A stretch of DNA of 64,000 nt from Octopus vulgaris (GCA_951406725.2 OX597824.1:36580001-36644000), one strand, 5' to 3'; positions 1-12,060 are shown, counted from the first letter of the stretch. Notes: generated by a model not told the origin, from the letters alone. Program-made: numbers and translations.

Positions 1-517
1 AAAAAAAGCTCAGAATCATAATCTGGTTCTTAATTACATGTTCTCAATTAGCTGAAGGTATAACGATCTTTCAAACATTATTTATAACAATAATGGATGT
101 GATTAAATAGATGTATTAATAAAATAGCATCTCAAACGGTGTGGTAAAAAGAGGACAATACAAGTCAAACCTATAATTGTAAGAATGGAAGCAGGTAATT
201 ATTATGACAGACAGTTTTTTCTTGCAAAATTATCCAGAGATATTTTAGACCAGTGGTTTTCAACCATAGGCCATATGGCCCTAGGGGAACCATATAATAT
301 TTTGGAGGGCTCATGCAACAAAAGAGTAAACTGGGGATCCACAATAGTATTTTAAGGACCCCTGTAAAAATTTTGCTTTAGAAGTACGTATTGCTATGTA
401 TTGCAAGAAGCATTTGGATTTCTTTCTTTACCATTTTACCTAGTTCAACCTACAGAGGTTAATGCGTGAAAAACAAAATAGGAATTTTGAGAGCAATTAC
501 TATGAAGCTAGTTCTAT

Positions 518-1070
518 ATCTAAGAGATGAGGAATTACTCTTTACTCTCTTTTTACTCTTTTACTTGTTTCAGTCATATGACTGTGGCCATGCTGGAGCA
601 CCACCTTTAGTCGAGCAAATCGACCCCAGGACTTATTCTTTGTAAGCCTAGTACTTATTCTATCAGTCTCTTTTGCTGAACCACTAAGTTGTGGGGATGT
701 AAACACACCAGCATCAGTTGTCAAGCGATGTTGGGGGGACAAACACACAAATATATATATACACACACACACAAACATATACACACACACATACATATAT
801 ATGACGAGCTTCTTTCGGTTTCCATCTACCAAATCCACTCACAAGGCTTTGGTCGGCCAAAGGCCATAGTAGAAGACACTTGCTCAAGGTGCCATGCAGT
901 GGGACTTAACCCAGAACCATGTGGTTCATAAGCAAGCTACTTACCACACAGCGACTCCTATTATTTACGTTATTTACATTATTTACATTTGACGGATATT
1001 TGTCCTCATCTTGTTTGTGTTAACAACAAAGAAGATGAGGACAAATATCCGTCGAATGTAAATAATGTAC
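518..1070. mobile_element. Penelope-like inverted (tail-out) remnant, split by a SINE
   Basis: ~40-bp near-perfect palindrome at 975-1069 (TACATTATTTACATTTGACGGATATTTGTCCTCATCTT ... AAGATGAGGACAAATATCCGTCGAATGTAAATAATGTA). Flanked by an imperfect direct repeat CTATGAAGCTAGTT / CTATAAAACTAGTT. The PLE assignment rests on architecture only. Confidence 0.45.
535..960 (-). mobile_element. tRNA-derived SINE family A
   Basis: Minus strand has A-box-like TCGCTGTGTGG and a B-box-like GGTTxAGTCCC head, an internal (TG/TA)n tract and an (AAGAGT)n tail. Near-identical to the copy at 62990-63379. Confidence 0.85.
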
Positions 1071-2134
1071 TATAAAACTAGTTTTTAAACATTGAATGGC
1101 TATGGGTTGGGGTTCCACCAGAATAAAATAGTAATCAAAAGGATCTGCAGATAAAAAGTAGTTGAGAACACCTGTTTTAAATTATAATGGTAAATTTGAT
1201 TCAAAACTATCCAAAAATCTTTGATAAAATGAACATCATTTTTAAATTAATCTTTTACTGAAGCATAAAGCCACAAGTTTATAAAGGTAAGGTAGAGGTG
1301 GTGGGATAAGATTGATTTTTTTTTTCTTTCTCAATGTCATAAGCATTGTAGTAAATTAACTTCAGTAATTAAAACTAGTTTGTGGACTTAACTTAAGACA
1401 TTCCTTTTCCATCTCTAATTCACACAAAATAACTAATGACTATGCAAGGAGATAAAATACCTGTTTGCAGTGTTAATCTTCAATCTTACATGAGTATAAG
1501 ATATTATTGGAACTTAATTAAGGTGTAGGACTGTGACGAGTTCCAATGTCAAACCATGTCAAAGATGACATTGGAGCTCAATGCAATCCTGCAGCTTGCC
1601 GGTTCCCAGTCAACCTGTCCTATCCCTGTCAGCTTGGAAAGCAGATGTGAAACAATGATGATGATGATGATGAAGATGATGATGATGTTGATGATGATGA
1701 TGATAAGCTACAGTAGCATGTTTGATTTTGATCTTCTACATCAGATTTATTGATTACTAAAGCAACCGAGAAAAGATAAGAGAAACAGGCAAACAGAGAT
1801 AGAAAGAGAAAAAATAAGAAGAAAAGAGAGAAGGACAAACAGAGATAGAAAAGTAGAAAGTGAGAGAGAGAGAGAGAGATTAATGAAAGTAAAGAATAAT
1901 AGATAAGCAGACAAATATACATGAATCAGTTCTTTACTTAGGGGTGCCCTTTGTAGGTTAATTTGCTCTATATTAAAATTCTACATAATTCTAGAATAGT
2001 AAGATTATCCAATGCATCAGTCTTCTAATTGTCATCATTATCATGTATCATATGCTTTGCAGAGCACTGATGACACTACAACAAAAATTTTCCTGGTTAA
2101 GCGCAAGTTTTCCTATCGGATGAAGCCATAGCAT

Positions 2135-2320
2135 TATTTTGTTCTGACTCTCTCATTGTGCTTTTTTGGCAAAGATATGGGGGTGGGGGTTGCCATTGCG
2201 TCTCCCCAACAGGATGGCCACAAGGAGCTCACCTGCCCTTCTACAGGTCTTGTTTTTAATTCAACTGGGTACCCAGACACCTTTCTCACGAGAGTAACAA
2301 GTCTTCTAATACCAATGAAG
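2135..2320 (-). mobile_element. RTE/BovB-related SINE or LINE fragment
   Basis: GGCAAAGATATGGGGGTGGGGGTTGCCATTGCGTCTCC resembles the BovB/Bov-A motif GGCAAGAATACTGGAGTGGGTTGCCATTTCCTTCTCC. Confidence 0.4.
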
Positions 2321-2353
2321 TATATACATATATACATATATATGTATGCATGT

Positions 2354-2600
2354 CATATCTGTCGGGCATGTGGAAGAGAGTGTAATTCGGCAGGAGGACT
2401 TAAATGACATGCAAAGGTACATGAAGCCTAGTTACAACTACAGCCGGCTATTACCGGTAAAGGTTTCAGTTGCCAATTCTGTACAAGACATTGTAGATCT
2501 TTAGCTGAGCTAAATAGTCACATTCGATCACAGCACCAGTAATAGTTAAGCTTCATGCAATGGCCATACTCAATAACGAGGGGACAGCCATAATAAGAAT
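2354..2600 (+). mobile_element. 3' end of an RTE-type LINE with two C-terminal C2H2 zinc fingers (pseudogenised)
   Basis: Translation HICRACGRECNSAGGLK*HAKVH...FSCQFCTRHCRSLAELNSHIRSQHQ* with two internal stops, followed by a short 3' UTR. Confidence 0.6.
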
Positions 2601-2721
2601 GTATGTATGTATATCAGAGTAAGCACATAAATGGGAAAAAACAAAGTGGGAAAAACTAATACTCGAATACTGGAGGTAGAGTAATATGCTTTATTATTAA
2701 AGCTGCAAAAGCATCACAAAA

Positions 2722-2765
2722 AACTGCTGCTACTCAGAGTTTCACGTTACCATTCACCGGGAGTT
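2722..2765 (-). ncRNA. degenerate type-I hammerhead ribozyme motif
   Basis: Minus strand reads AACTC CCGGTGA ATG-GTAA-CGT GAAA CTCTGAG TA GCAGCAGTT. The core deviates from CUGANGA. Confidence 0.45.
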
Positions 2766-3131
2766 GTGACTGAGAATGGGACAAGAATTAAGGTTATATT
2801 TATTTTTGATTTAAGGTTTGCTTCGATTTTACACAATTCGATTTTAAGCCTTTTAATTTTTAATTTTATCGTTTATATTACCATTTCTTTTTAAAAAAAA
2901 CCATCATTGAAACAACCAATGAAATGAAACCAAATTCAAATGTGTATTTGTCAATGTAAATTGGCATTAGGAAGGGCATCCAGCCGTAGAAACATTGCCA
3001 GATCAGACTGGGACTGGTGCAGCCTTCTGGCTTCCCAGACCCCCAGTTGAACCGTCCAACCCATGCTAGCATGGAAAGCGGAGGCTAAACAATGATGATA
3101 TAACCTTAATTCTGGCCCCTTTCTTAAACAC

Positions 3132-3173
3132 AACTGTCCAATGAACAGGAACATGAAATTCTGAGTAACAGTT
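3132..3173 (+). ncRNA. degenerate type-I hammerhead ribozyme motif
   Basis: AACTGT CCAATGA ACA-GGAA-CAT GAAA TTCTGAG TA ACAGTT. Perfect 6-bp stem I and a GUA site; core mutated. Confidence 0.55.
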
Positions 3174-3941
3174 TTTGTGATATTTTTACTACTTTAAGCT
3201 GTCTAAAGCAAGAACATATTGTGTGTGTGTGTGTATGTATGTGTGTGTGTGTGTGTGTGTACACATATGTAGCGCATTGTATGAAAACAGAAAAGGTCTT
3301 ATAAACATGGCTCTGTAGGTGTGGGGTTAAGCTGCCAGAGTAGTCATGAGTTCAATCCTAAGTGTTGCCGGTATGTTATATTCTTTGATAAAGCACAAAA
3401 TTCTACTTTCATTTTCTTTTAACACAATTACAAACAGAATCTGTTGTTGATTCATGGTCAAGTAATTAGCAATATGTAAGGCCTCCAGGTCTCCAGCATT
3501 ACAAGTAACTTACACATTTGTAATGTTCAAATTTGTGAAAACCATCTTACTAGCCATAGAAAAATACATGGGAGCCAACAAAGTAGCCTCTATATGGTTT
3601 CTTCACTTGCTAGAAATACCAGCCAAACATCCTCAAGTTAAGCATAGCAACATTATTAAAGGAAGAACACATAGAACAATGGAATTTGAGATTTACAAAA
3701 ATAAAAAATAAAATAAGGAAAAACATTTCATCAAAGACTTTTTGATAGTTTTGAACCAATTATACCATTATATTCTAAAACAAATTTCTGGATAATTTCG
3801 CTAGAAAAAAAACATCTGTTCTAATAAATAAAGCATATTTCCCTAAAATTGTAGGTTTGACATGTATTGTTGAAATGTATTTGTTTGCAGTCGTATTGAT
3901 TCAGGGCTGAATTAGAGTAAAACAACTACAAATATATGTAA

Positions 3942-4245
<304 letters not shown>

Positions 4246-4959
4246 CATTACAAAAAGACACATACACACTCACACTCACACACAAAGCGATATATACAGT
4301 TTCTGACCATCAAAATCCACTTAGAAATGGACAGATCAAACTGAGGCAACAGAAAATAATCTTTGTTCCCAGATCACACAGCAATGCCTGCACCCATGTT
4401 GAAAAGAACACAAAAGTCTGTCAAAGCCTTATAGCAAACATCCTTTTGGAGTTTTATATGAACAATATTTCTAAGGAGCAGCATACTTCAGGATATTCCA
4501 GTATGATGAGTGGTGCTACAGTTACTGCAATACTGGTTTTAGTTATTGAACTGAAGCCATGATTAAACATTGCCTATACAACTTGTAGAAATGATATCTT
4601 TAAGTAAACTGCTTTAAGTAGTTACACTGAAACTAATTTTCTGAAACAATAAGTCTACATTGCATGTCCATTGCATGGACAGGATTGTTAGGTATTACAG
4701 AAGAAAATCATAAAACTTTCACTACATGTTGTGGACACCATTCACATATTCACAGATTTATTGATGTATATGTAAGTAACTGCTGGTTTATGTACAAACA
4801 CATAAATGGATATAGACAAACATAAAATATGAAAATATATGGGTATATAGACAAATACATATACAAAGCTATCTATATTTTCAAAATCTTCTTGTAGAAG
4901 CTCTTTCCATCTCAACTCTATTTGGTTTTACCAGGACAAATGCAAACGATCTCCCCCCC

Positions 4960-5001
<42 letters not shown>

Positions 5002-5063
5002 AATATTAGGGAATAAATCAAAATTTACAAGGAAAAATCAGATTTAAGATTGAATCCAATTTT

Positions 5064-5136
<73 letters not shown>

Positions 5137-5198
5137 TACTCAACACATTTAGTGGGTGTTGACATGTATTATTGTTGGAGCTAAATCAAACTGTTTTA

Positions 5199-5577
5199 AT
5201 GGAAATTGCAGCTGTGATACTAGTGCCGGTGGCACGCAAGAGAACCATCCGAATGTGGCCATTGCCAGCGCTGCCCCGACTGGCCTCATACTGGTGGCAC
5301 GTAAAAACCACCATCCGTTCGTGGCCATTGCCAGCCTCGCCTGGCCCCCGTGCCATTGGCACGTAAAAAGCACCATCCGATCGTGGCCGTTTGCCCCACT
5401 CGTCTGGCACCTGTGCTGGTGGCACGTAAAAAGCACCCACTACACTCACAGAGTGGTTGGCGTTAGGAAGGGCATCCAGCTGTAGAAACATTGCCAGATC
5501 AGACTGGGCCTGGTGCAGCCTTCTGACTTCCCAGACCCCAGTTGAACCGTCCAACCCATGCTAGCATGGAAAGCGGA
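5199..5577 (+). mobile_element. 5'-truncated RTE LINE 3' UTR with four ~63-bp tandem subunits
   Basis: Units start at 5225, 5290, 5352 and 5415 with core GGTGGCACGTAAAAAGCACC, followed by GGAAGGGCATCCAGC and a (GAT)n tail. These motifs are largely shared with the LINE tail at 7076-7320. Confidence 0.75.
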
Positions 5578-5620
5578 TGCTATGATGATGATGATGATAT
5601 ATATATATATATATATAAAT

Positions 5621-7319
5621 GGTGATGCTTTAGATAGAAATAACTATAGGGGTATCAAATTATTGATTCAGGTGATGAAAGTTACAGAGGAAAGGGTTCA
5701 ACTAATTAGGGAGAGAGTTAGCCTAGATGAGATGCAGTTTGGTTTTGCACCAGGCAGAAGTACCACTGATGCTATATTTCTGGTAAGGCAACTGCAGGAG
5801 AAACATCTAACCAAAGATAAACCTCTGCACTTGGCTTTTGTTGACTTGGAGAAAGCCTTTGGCAGGGTCCCCCGATCCCCTAACTGGTGATCAATGCAGA
5901 AACTGGGAATTGACAAGATGTACAAGCCCTGTATAGGGATGCTATCATTAAGGTGAGGGTTGGCAACAAGTATAGTGAAGAATTCCCAGTAGAAGTAGGG
6001 GTTCACCAAAGATCAGTCCTCAGTCCCCTCATTCATTATTGTCCTCCAGGCAATAACAGAGGAATTCAAGACAGGTTGCCCCTGGGAGCTCCTCTATGCT
6101 GATGACCTTGCTCTAATAGCCAAGTCACTGCCAGAATTAGAGACGAAGTTTAGGGTGTGGAAGCAAGTTCTAGAATCAAATTGCTTTAGGGTCAACCTAG
6201 CAAAAAATCAAAGTCTTAGTAAGTAGGAAGGCTGTCAATCCACAATACCCTTCAGGTAGATAGCCCTGCTCAATCTGTAGAAAAAGCATGGGTAGAAACT
6301 CCATAAGATGTACCTGGCATAAGCTATGGACACATAAAAGGTGCAGCAATATCAACGGAAGGTTAACTGAGAAGATAGCTTTTGTGTGTAGCAGATGCAC
6401 AGGGGCAATAAATACTGGAGATATACAAAAAAACAGATTCCATCACATGCCAGGGAGAGAAACTAGAAGTAGTTAATAGAAGTAAAGAAATAAGAAGTAG
6501 TTAATAGCTTCTGCTATCTAGGCGACCAAGTCTGTAGTGGGGGGGGTTGCTCTGAGAGTGTAGCAGCTAGAATAAGAATAGCCTAGGCAAAGTTCAGGAA
6601 GTTCCTACCTCTGCTGGCAACTAAGGTCCTCTCGGTCAGGATGAAAGGTAGACTGTATGATGCATGTGTGTGAACTGCCATGCTACACAGCAGTGAAACA
6701 TGAGCCATGACTGCTGAGGACATGCATAGACTTGAAAGAAAGGAAGCTGGTATGACTCACTGGATGTGTAATGTCAGTGTGCATACATGACAGAGTGTAA
6801 GCGCCCTGAGAGAAAAGCTGGGCATAAGAAGCATCAAATGTGGTGTGCAAGAGAGATGACTATGCTGCTATGGTCATGAGTTACATATGGATGAGGACAT
6901 CTGCATGAGGAAATGTCACTCCTTAACTGTGGAAGGAATCAGTGGAAGAGGTAGACCCAAGAAGACATGGGATGAGATGGTGAAGCATGAGCTTCGAACA
7001 TTGGGCCTCACAGAGGCAATAACAGGAGATCTTTGGAGATATGCTATGACTGAGAAGATCCAACAACTAAAGTGACATTGCAGCCATGCATGTCTGGCCT
7101 AATTAAGAGTACTCCTGATGCATCATGGGATATGATATGCTTGAGAAGACCTGTTGAGTCAAGTAAAACCAATATCGTAGCTGTGGCACGTAAAAAGCAC
7201 CAACCAAATGTGATCAGATTGGAGCCTAGTGCAGCCACTGGCTCTCCAGACCTCAGTCAAACCGCCCAAATCAAACCAGCATGGAAAACGAACACTAAAT
7301 GATGATGATGATGATGATG

Positions 7320-7320
<1 letters not shown>
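5621..7320 (+). mobile_element. RTE-clade LINE, 5'-truncated; reverse transcriptase pseudogene plus 3' UTR
   Basis: NYRGIKLL, QFGFAPGRSTTDAIF, AFVDLEKAF, LYADDL (YADD at 6095-6106), FCYLG, GRGRPKKTW, stop at 7075. Multiple stops and frameshifts; ends in (GAT)n. Confidence 0.92.
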
Positions 7321-7372
<52 letters not shown>

Positions 7373-7399
7373 GTACATGTTCCCATATATTGTTGTATA

Positions 7400-7483
<84 letters not shown>

Positions 7484-7486
<3 letters not shown>

Positions 7487-8766
7487 CACGTCATTAAGAA
7501 TGAAATGTCTGATTTTCTTATGCACCAAGCTTGACAGTCATTAACTCTAATCTTTTATTCTGACAATTTTACAACATTGAAGAGATATATATCATCACTT
7601 TTCGAAATGCAATTCATGGTGTCTGATTATATCATGAGTTTGCTCTTGTAAATCAATTTATGTGAACCCATCAATAGATCAAAAATTCATGTTGTTTATG
7701 AATAGGAGGTCCATCATGGAACCGATGCATCCCAGACAGCTAGAAACATCTACGAGGTGTTTGGTGAAGATGTGGCGAATGAGTGCACTGTACATCAATC
7801 ATTTGAGAAGTTCCAGTCTGGTGACTTTATTCTTGAAAATCAGCCCTGTGGTAGACCTGAGAGGAAGGTGGATAATGATGAGCTGGAAACTGTAGTGGAA
7901 GCAGATATATCTCAAACTACGCGTGAGTTAGCAGCAAGGTTTGATGTTTTGATTCCAAGTGTATTGGACCATCTGAAACAAATCGGCAAAGTAAAGAAGC
8001 TGTGTCAAGAGTTCTTGTCGCTGTGTCAAGTACCACATGAACTAAACAGGCATCAAATGATACATCATCTTGAAACTTGCTGTTCTTTGCTGTTATGGTA
8101 TAAAAGTGAACCATTTTTGCATTGTATTGTTATGTGTGATGAAAAATGGAGTCTTTTCAACAATAGCAAGCATTCTGCACAGTGGTTGGATAGAGACAAA
8201 ATGCCAAAACCCAATCCAAAAAAGAATATTCACCAAAAAAGTTAATGGTGTCTGTTTGGAGGTCCAGCACTGGTGTCATCCACTACAGCTTCATGAAACC
8301 TGGTAAGTCAATTACAGTGGATGTATACATCAACCAGTTGGATGAAATGATGAGTGAACTCACAATTAAACAACCAAGATTGGTCAACAGAGACAGGCCA
8401 ATTCTCTTGGAAGGCAATGCTCAACCACACGTTGCACAAAGAACGCTACTCAAGTTACAGGAACTGAACTTGGAAGTACTGTCATCCAGCATATGTCATC
8501 CAGACGTCGTGCCAACTGACTATCATGTTTTCCAGGCATTAGACAACTTTTTGCAAGGAAAAAGCTTCAAAACAGCCTTTCGTGATTTCATCACCTCTTG
8601 CTCTCCAGAATTCTTCAATGCTGGCATAAATAAACTACCGATAAAATAGCAAAATTGTGTTGATAATTTAAGTGCATACTTTGATTAACTGCATTGCTTT
8701 TTGTTGAGATAAAGTAAAATAAACTTTCAGTTCAAAATCAGACATTTCATTTTTAATGACCAGATG
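7484..8766 (+). mobile_element. full-length mariner (DD34D) transposon with defective transposase (~7660-8649)
   Basis: ~30-bp TIRs GTCATTAAGAATGAAATGTCTGATTTT / AAAATCAGACATTTCATTTTTAATGAC with TA flanks, 1.28 kb long. Motifs GRP, VPHEL, MCDEKW, (G)NAQPH and PDVVPTDYHVF; frameshifts present. Confidence 0.93.
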
Positions 8767-9559
8767 TATATATATATATATATATTATCATGTACACACA
8801 TACATATACACTCATCAATTTATAAGCCAGCCTGAGTGGTAATCATCAGAATAATCATTTATACTAATTAGTACAACATAACCAGTAGAAATATAAACTA
8901 TCTCTAATTAAGGAAGCGGTCACAAACTGGCATTGGACTAAACTAGGTAATGCTCATGTTGTGATAGTTTACTGAAACAAAGCAATAAAGATGGTAGCCA
9001 TTTAATTGGTTATAAATTACAACAGTTAATTTAAAGGGTTATAAATTACTGACAAATCAAACTTGTATTAGTTGTACAAGTGTTAATGCATTAGCTCTAT
9101 CCTGTGTGTGTTTAGCGTAGAGTGATTGCAGCTTTCCTAGCGATACAAATATCTACGACAATGACTTCTAGGAGAGGTTTTAGATGTCAGCCTGCTGGCT
9201 GGCAGGCTGGATGGCCAGCTCGTTGAAATGTCAACAGTTTATATCTTGTCACAAGAGTTCTTGTCGCTGTGTCAATGAGAAATTCCAAATGAAAATGTTC
9301 ACTGCTTTGTAAATAAGTACCATGGTGCCACAGAGAAGATGGGTCCTTAGTTTGAAATACTGAAATTCCTATTCTCTTCTGGGCAAAAGCTGTGATTGAG
9401 TATTTTAGTGCCATGAACCTCTGTTCCAGTCTATGGAAATGAATTTCAACTACTTCGACCATTATGTCTGGTTAAGTTTCCATATCTACCATTTGCTATG
9501 CAGAAAACTTCCCAGTATTATTTTAAATACATAAATTATGTTATGAAGGGAAGAGTTCA

Positions 9560-9735
9560 CAAAAAAAAAACATAAGATGAAGACAGGCAGTGTAGAAAAC
9601 AAACAGATGTATTAGTATAACACTCAGGAATTGAAAAAAGTCTTTTACATTTCGAGCCTATGCTCTTCTACAGAAAGGGACACAGGAAAAAACAAGGAAA
9701 GAAAAAAATGTGTGTAGTGGCTACCGATCTATATG
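9560..9735 (-). mobile_element. Penelope-like pLTR remnant
   Basis: Contains a minimal hammerhead motif followed on the minus strand by a short AT-rich tail. Confidence 0.45.
9642..9677 (-). ncRNA. minimal type-I hammerhead ribozyme motif (variant core)
   Basis: Minus strand reads CTTT CTGTAGA A GAGC-ATAG-GCTC GAAA TG TA AAAG. Stems I and II are perfect; stem III ATGT is probably a CpG-decayed ACGT palindrome. Confidence 0.6.
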
Positions 9736-10480
9736 AAGATTGTTATTCAAACTAGTTTTAGTCAAGGGTATGCTCCAATTACACTTATATCTACCCAAGG
9801 TACATCAACATCCCAAATATTCTTCTTAAATAACTGTGAATGAAATGACTGAAATGGCTCTGAAATAAAATTTTTACTTTCTACCAATGTTTGTGTAGAA
9901 TATTTGGAATTGATTGTAGAATTCTTGAACCTCAAATGGAATTCTTAACTTCTTAACTTCAAGTATGAACTCCCACCCCCACCAAAACTTACTGTTGTTC
10001 CTATTTTTTGCTTGATATTACATTTCTTTAGAATCTTTTACATCTATTTTTCCATATTATATTGGTTACAATGAATCAGTAAATTTAAATAATAATCTGT
10101 TTACATTTAGAATATCAATGTAGAAGCCTCTAGAAATATGTAAATAATTTACTTAATGGTGTCTCTCACAGTGAATACAGCTGCAAATAATAATTTGTTA
10201 TATATTGGGATACAGCCCTTTTGGATGGAAAGAAGGCTGAAGACTACCCACAAGACTCAAGTCACACATCTTCTTTAACTATGATAGACACACTACTAAC
10301 TTTAACAGAAGATACATGGTTCAAGCTCCATAGGTAGCGGTTGACCTTTTTTACCCATCTGGGGAGTATTTAGCTTAATATATTTCAAGCTATTAATCAG
10401 TTGCTATATTCACTTCGAGATACACTGTTAATTAAATGACTTGTTTAAATATCAGTTTTTTGAAATAAGAGCAAAAAATA

Positions 10481-10665
10481 AAGGTTTCGAATTTTGGCAC
10501 ACAGCCAGCAAGTTCAGGGAAGAGGAGTTAATTATACTGGTATTTATTTTGTGGACCCTGAAAAGATGAAAGACTAAGATGACTTTGAACTCAGAATGTA
10601 CAGATGGACGAAATACTGTGAAGCATTCAGTCTGGTGAGCTAACAATTCTGCCAGCTTACAGCTC
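10481..10665 (-). mobile_element. SINE family B with 15-bp TSD
   Basis: Homologous to the other family B copies; flanked by TAAGAGCAAAAAATA (10466-10480) / TAAGAGCAAATAATA (10666-10680). Confidence 0.8.
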
Positions 10666-10710
10666 TAAGAGCAAATAATATTACAAATGTACATATTATT
10701 ATTTGCTCTT

Positions 10711-11155
10711 GGGGTAGCAAGCTGGCAGAATCATCAGCATGCTGGACAAAATAGTATTTTGTCAGCGAGCTGGCAGACACGTTAGCTTGCCGGGCGAAAT
10801 GCGTAGCTGTATTTCATCTGCCGTTATGTTCTGAGTTCAAATTTCGCAGAGGTCAACTTTGCCTTTCATCCTTTCAGGGTCGATAAATTAAGTACCAGTT
10901 ATGCACTGGGGTCGATGTAATCGACTTAATCCGTTTGTCTGTCCTTGTTCGTCCCCTCTGTGTTTAGCCCCTTGTGGGTAGTAAAGAAATAAGTATTTTG
11001 TTTGCGTTTATGTTCTGAGTTCAAATTCTGCTGTGGTTGACTATGCCTTTCATTCTTTCTGGGTTGATAAAATAAGTACCAGTTGAACACTGGAGTCGAC
11101 ATAATTGTCTTACCTCCTCCTCTGAAATTGCAGGTGTTGTGTCAATATTACAAAT
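10711..11155 (+). mobile_element. SINE family B with a younger family B copy nested at 10763-10991
   Basis: The inner copy is flanked by the direct repeat AGTATTTTGT (10753-10762 / 10992-11001). Conserved core GACTTTGCCTTTCATCCTTTCGGGGTCGATAAATTAAGTACC (Meta-domain-like, from memory). Confidence 0.85.
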
Positions 11156-11832
11156 GTATGCCTCACCTATTAGTTGTAAGGAAGTAAACCTAGTAATAAC
11201 TATGACATCTTTCATTTATTATTTAAATTTGGTGATGACACCTGTAATATTCTACCTTGCTAGTAGTGTAATACTGAAATAGTTACCAAGTTATGAAACA
11301 TAATAGAGATCAAAACAGCCTTCCTAATATTGTCTTTCCTTAACTGTGAGAAAAAGGTCAAACAGAGATAAGCATTTAATATGGACGGACTGGGAGTACC
11401 AGGACAAATTAATACATTTATTCTAATTGTGTAACAGTAGAGAACTCAAATGAAGAATAATACTTCAAATGAAGAAAAATAATACTTCAGAGCTGAATTA
11501 CCTACTGTGTTAATAATCCATATAAAACATAAGATACAGCAAGGTTTGCATTAATAGTAGTGATGTTTCATATCTATCTTTATCTAGCGTAAAGTGAAAG
11601 TGAAAGTAAAAGTAATATGGGCTTTCAAACAATAAATTTCATACTATATAGAATATTGGAGCCTCAGCTGAGGCAACTGTGATTTGTTATCAACTGACAA
11701 GATGGAGATAAACACTCTCAGAAACATCAGCCACAAAACATCTGAAAGGGAAGAGTTAAGGTTAACTTAACATAATCGAAGTTGATGTGAAGAGGAAAAT
11801 AATAATAAACAAACAAAAAAGGTCACAATGAT

Positions 11833-11833
11833 T

Positions 11834-11879
<46 letters not shown>

Positions 11880-12060
11880 CAATGAGGATGATAAACATTC
11901 ATCATTATAGATTTTATCATCATTGTCATCATCATCATCTATAAGCGTCACTGTCATCACTTCCATCAAAGCCACCATATTTGCTACCAAAATAACCACC
12001 ATCATCATAGCTATCATCTCAGCATCACTACCACCACCACCACCACCACCATCATAGTTA
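11833..12060. repeat. (GAT)n/(CAT)n/(CAC)n compound microsatellite
   Basis: Visible trinucleotide runs. Confidence 0.85.

Larger units (their letters stand above)
251..1174. mobile_element. hAT (Charlie-like) non-autonomous element/MITE carrying nested insertions
   Basis: Left TIR CAGTGGTTTTCAAC (251) and right TIR GTTGAGAACACCTG (1161-1174). The 8-bp flanks TTTTAGAC / TTTTAAAT match at 6/8, like an hAT TSD. Confidence 0.7.
2612..3200. mobile_element. Penelope-like inverted pair with a hammerhead motif in each arm; RTE tail inserted at ~2960-3100
   Basis: Arms 2698-2800 and 3097-3196 are inverted copies (e.g. AATTAAGGTTATAT / ATATAACCTTAATT and ATCACAAAAAACTG / CAGTTTTTGTGAT). Confidence 0.6.

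Noticed and set aside
5222-5440. Repeat-spacer pattern resembling a CRISPR array
   Set aside because: Eukaryotic context, no cas genes, the linkers are related to each other, and the array is part of the RTE 3' UTR.
7757-8649. SETMAR-like host gene
   Set aside because: No SET domain; bounded by TIRs and TA; frameshifted with a damaged second Asp. It is a dead mariner.
9187-9462. 91-aa minus-strand ORF; also a faint plus-strand NYFDHYVW resembling a transposase motif
   Set aside because: No recognisable domain or splice signals; the similarity is too weak to call.
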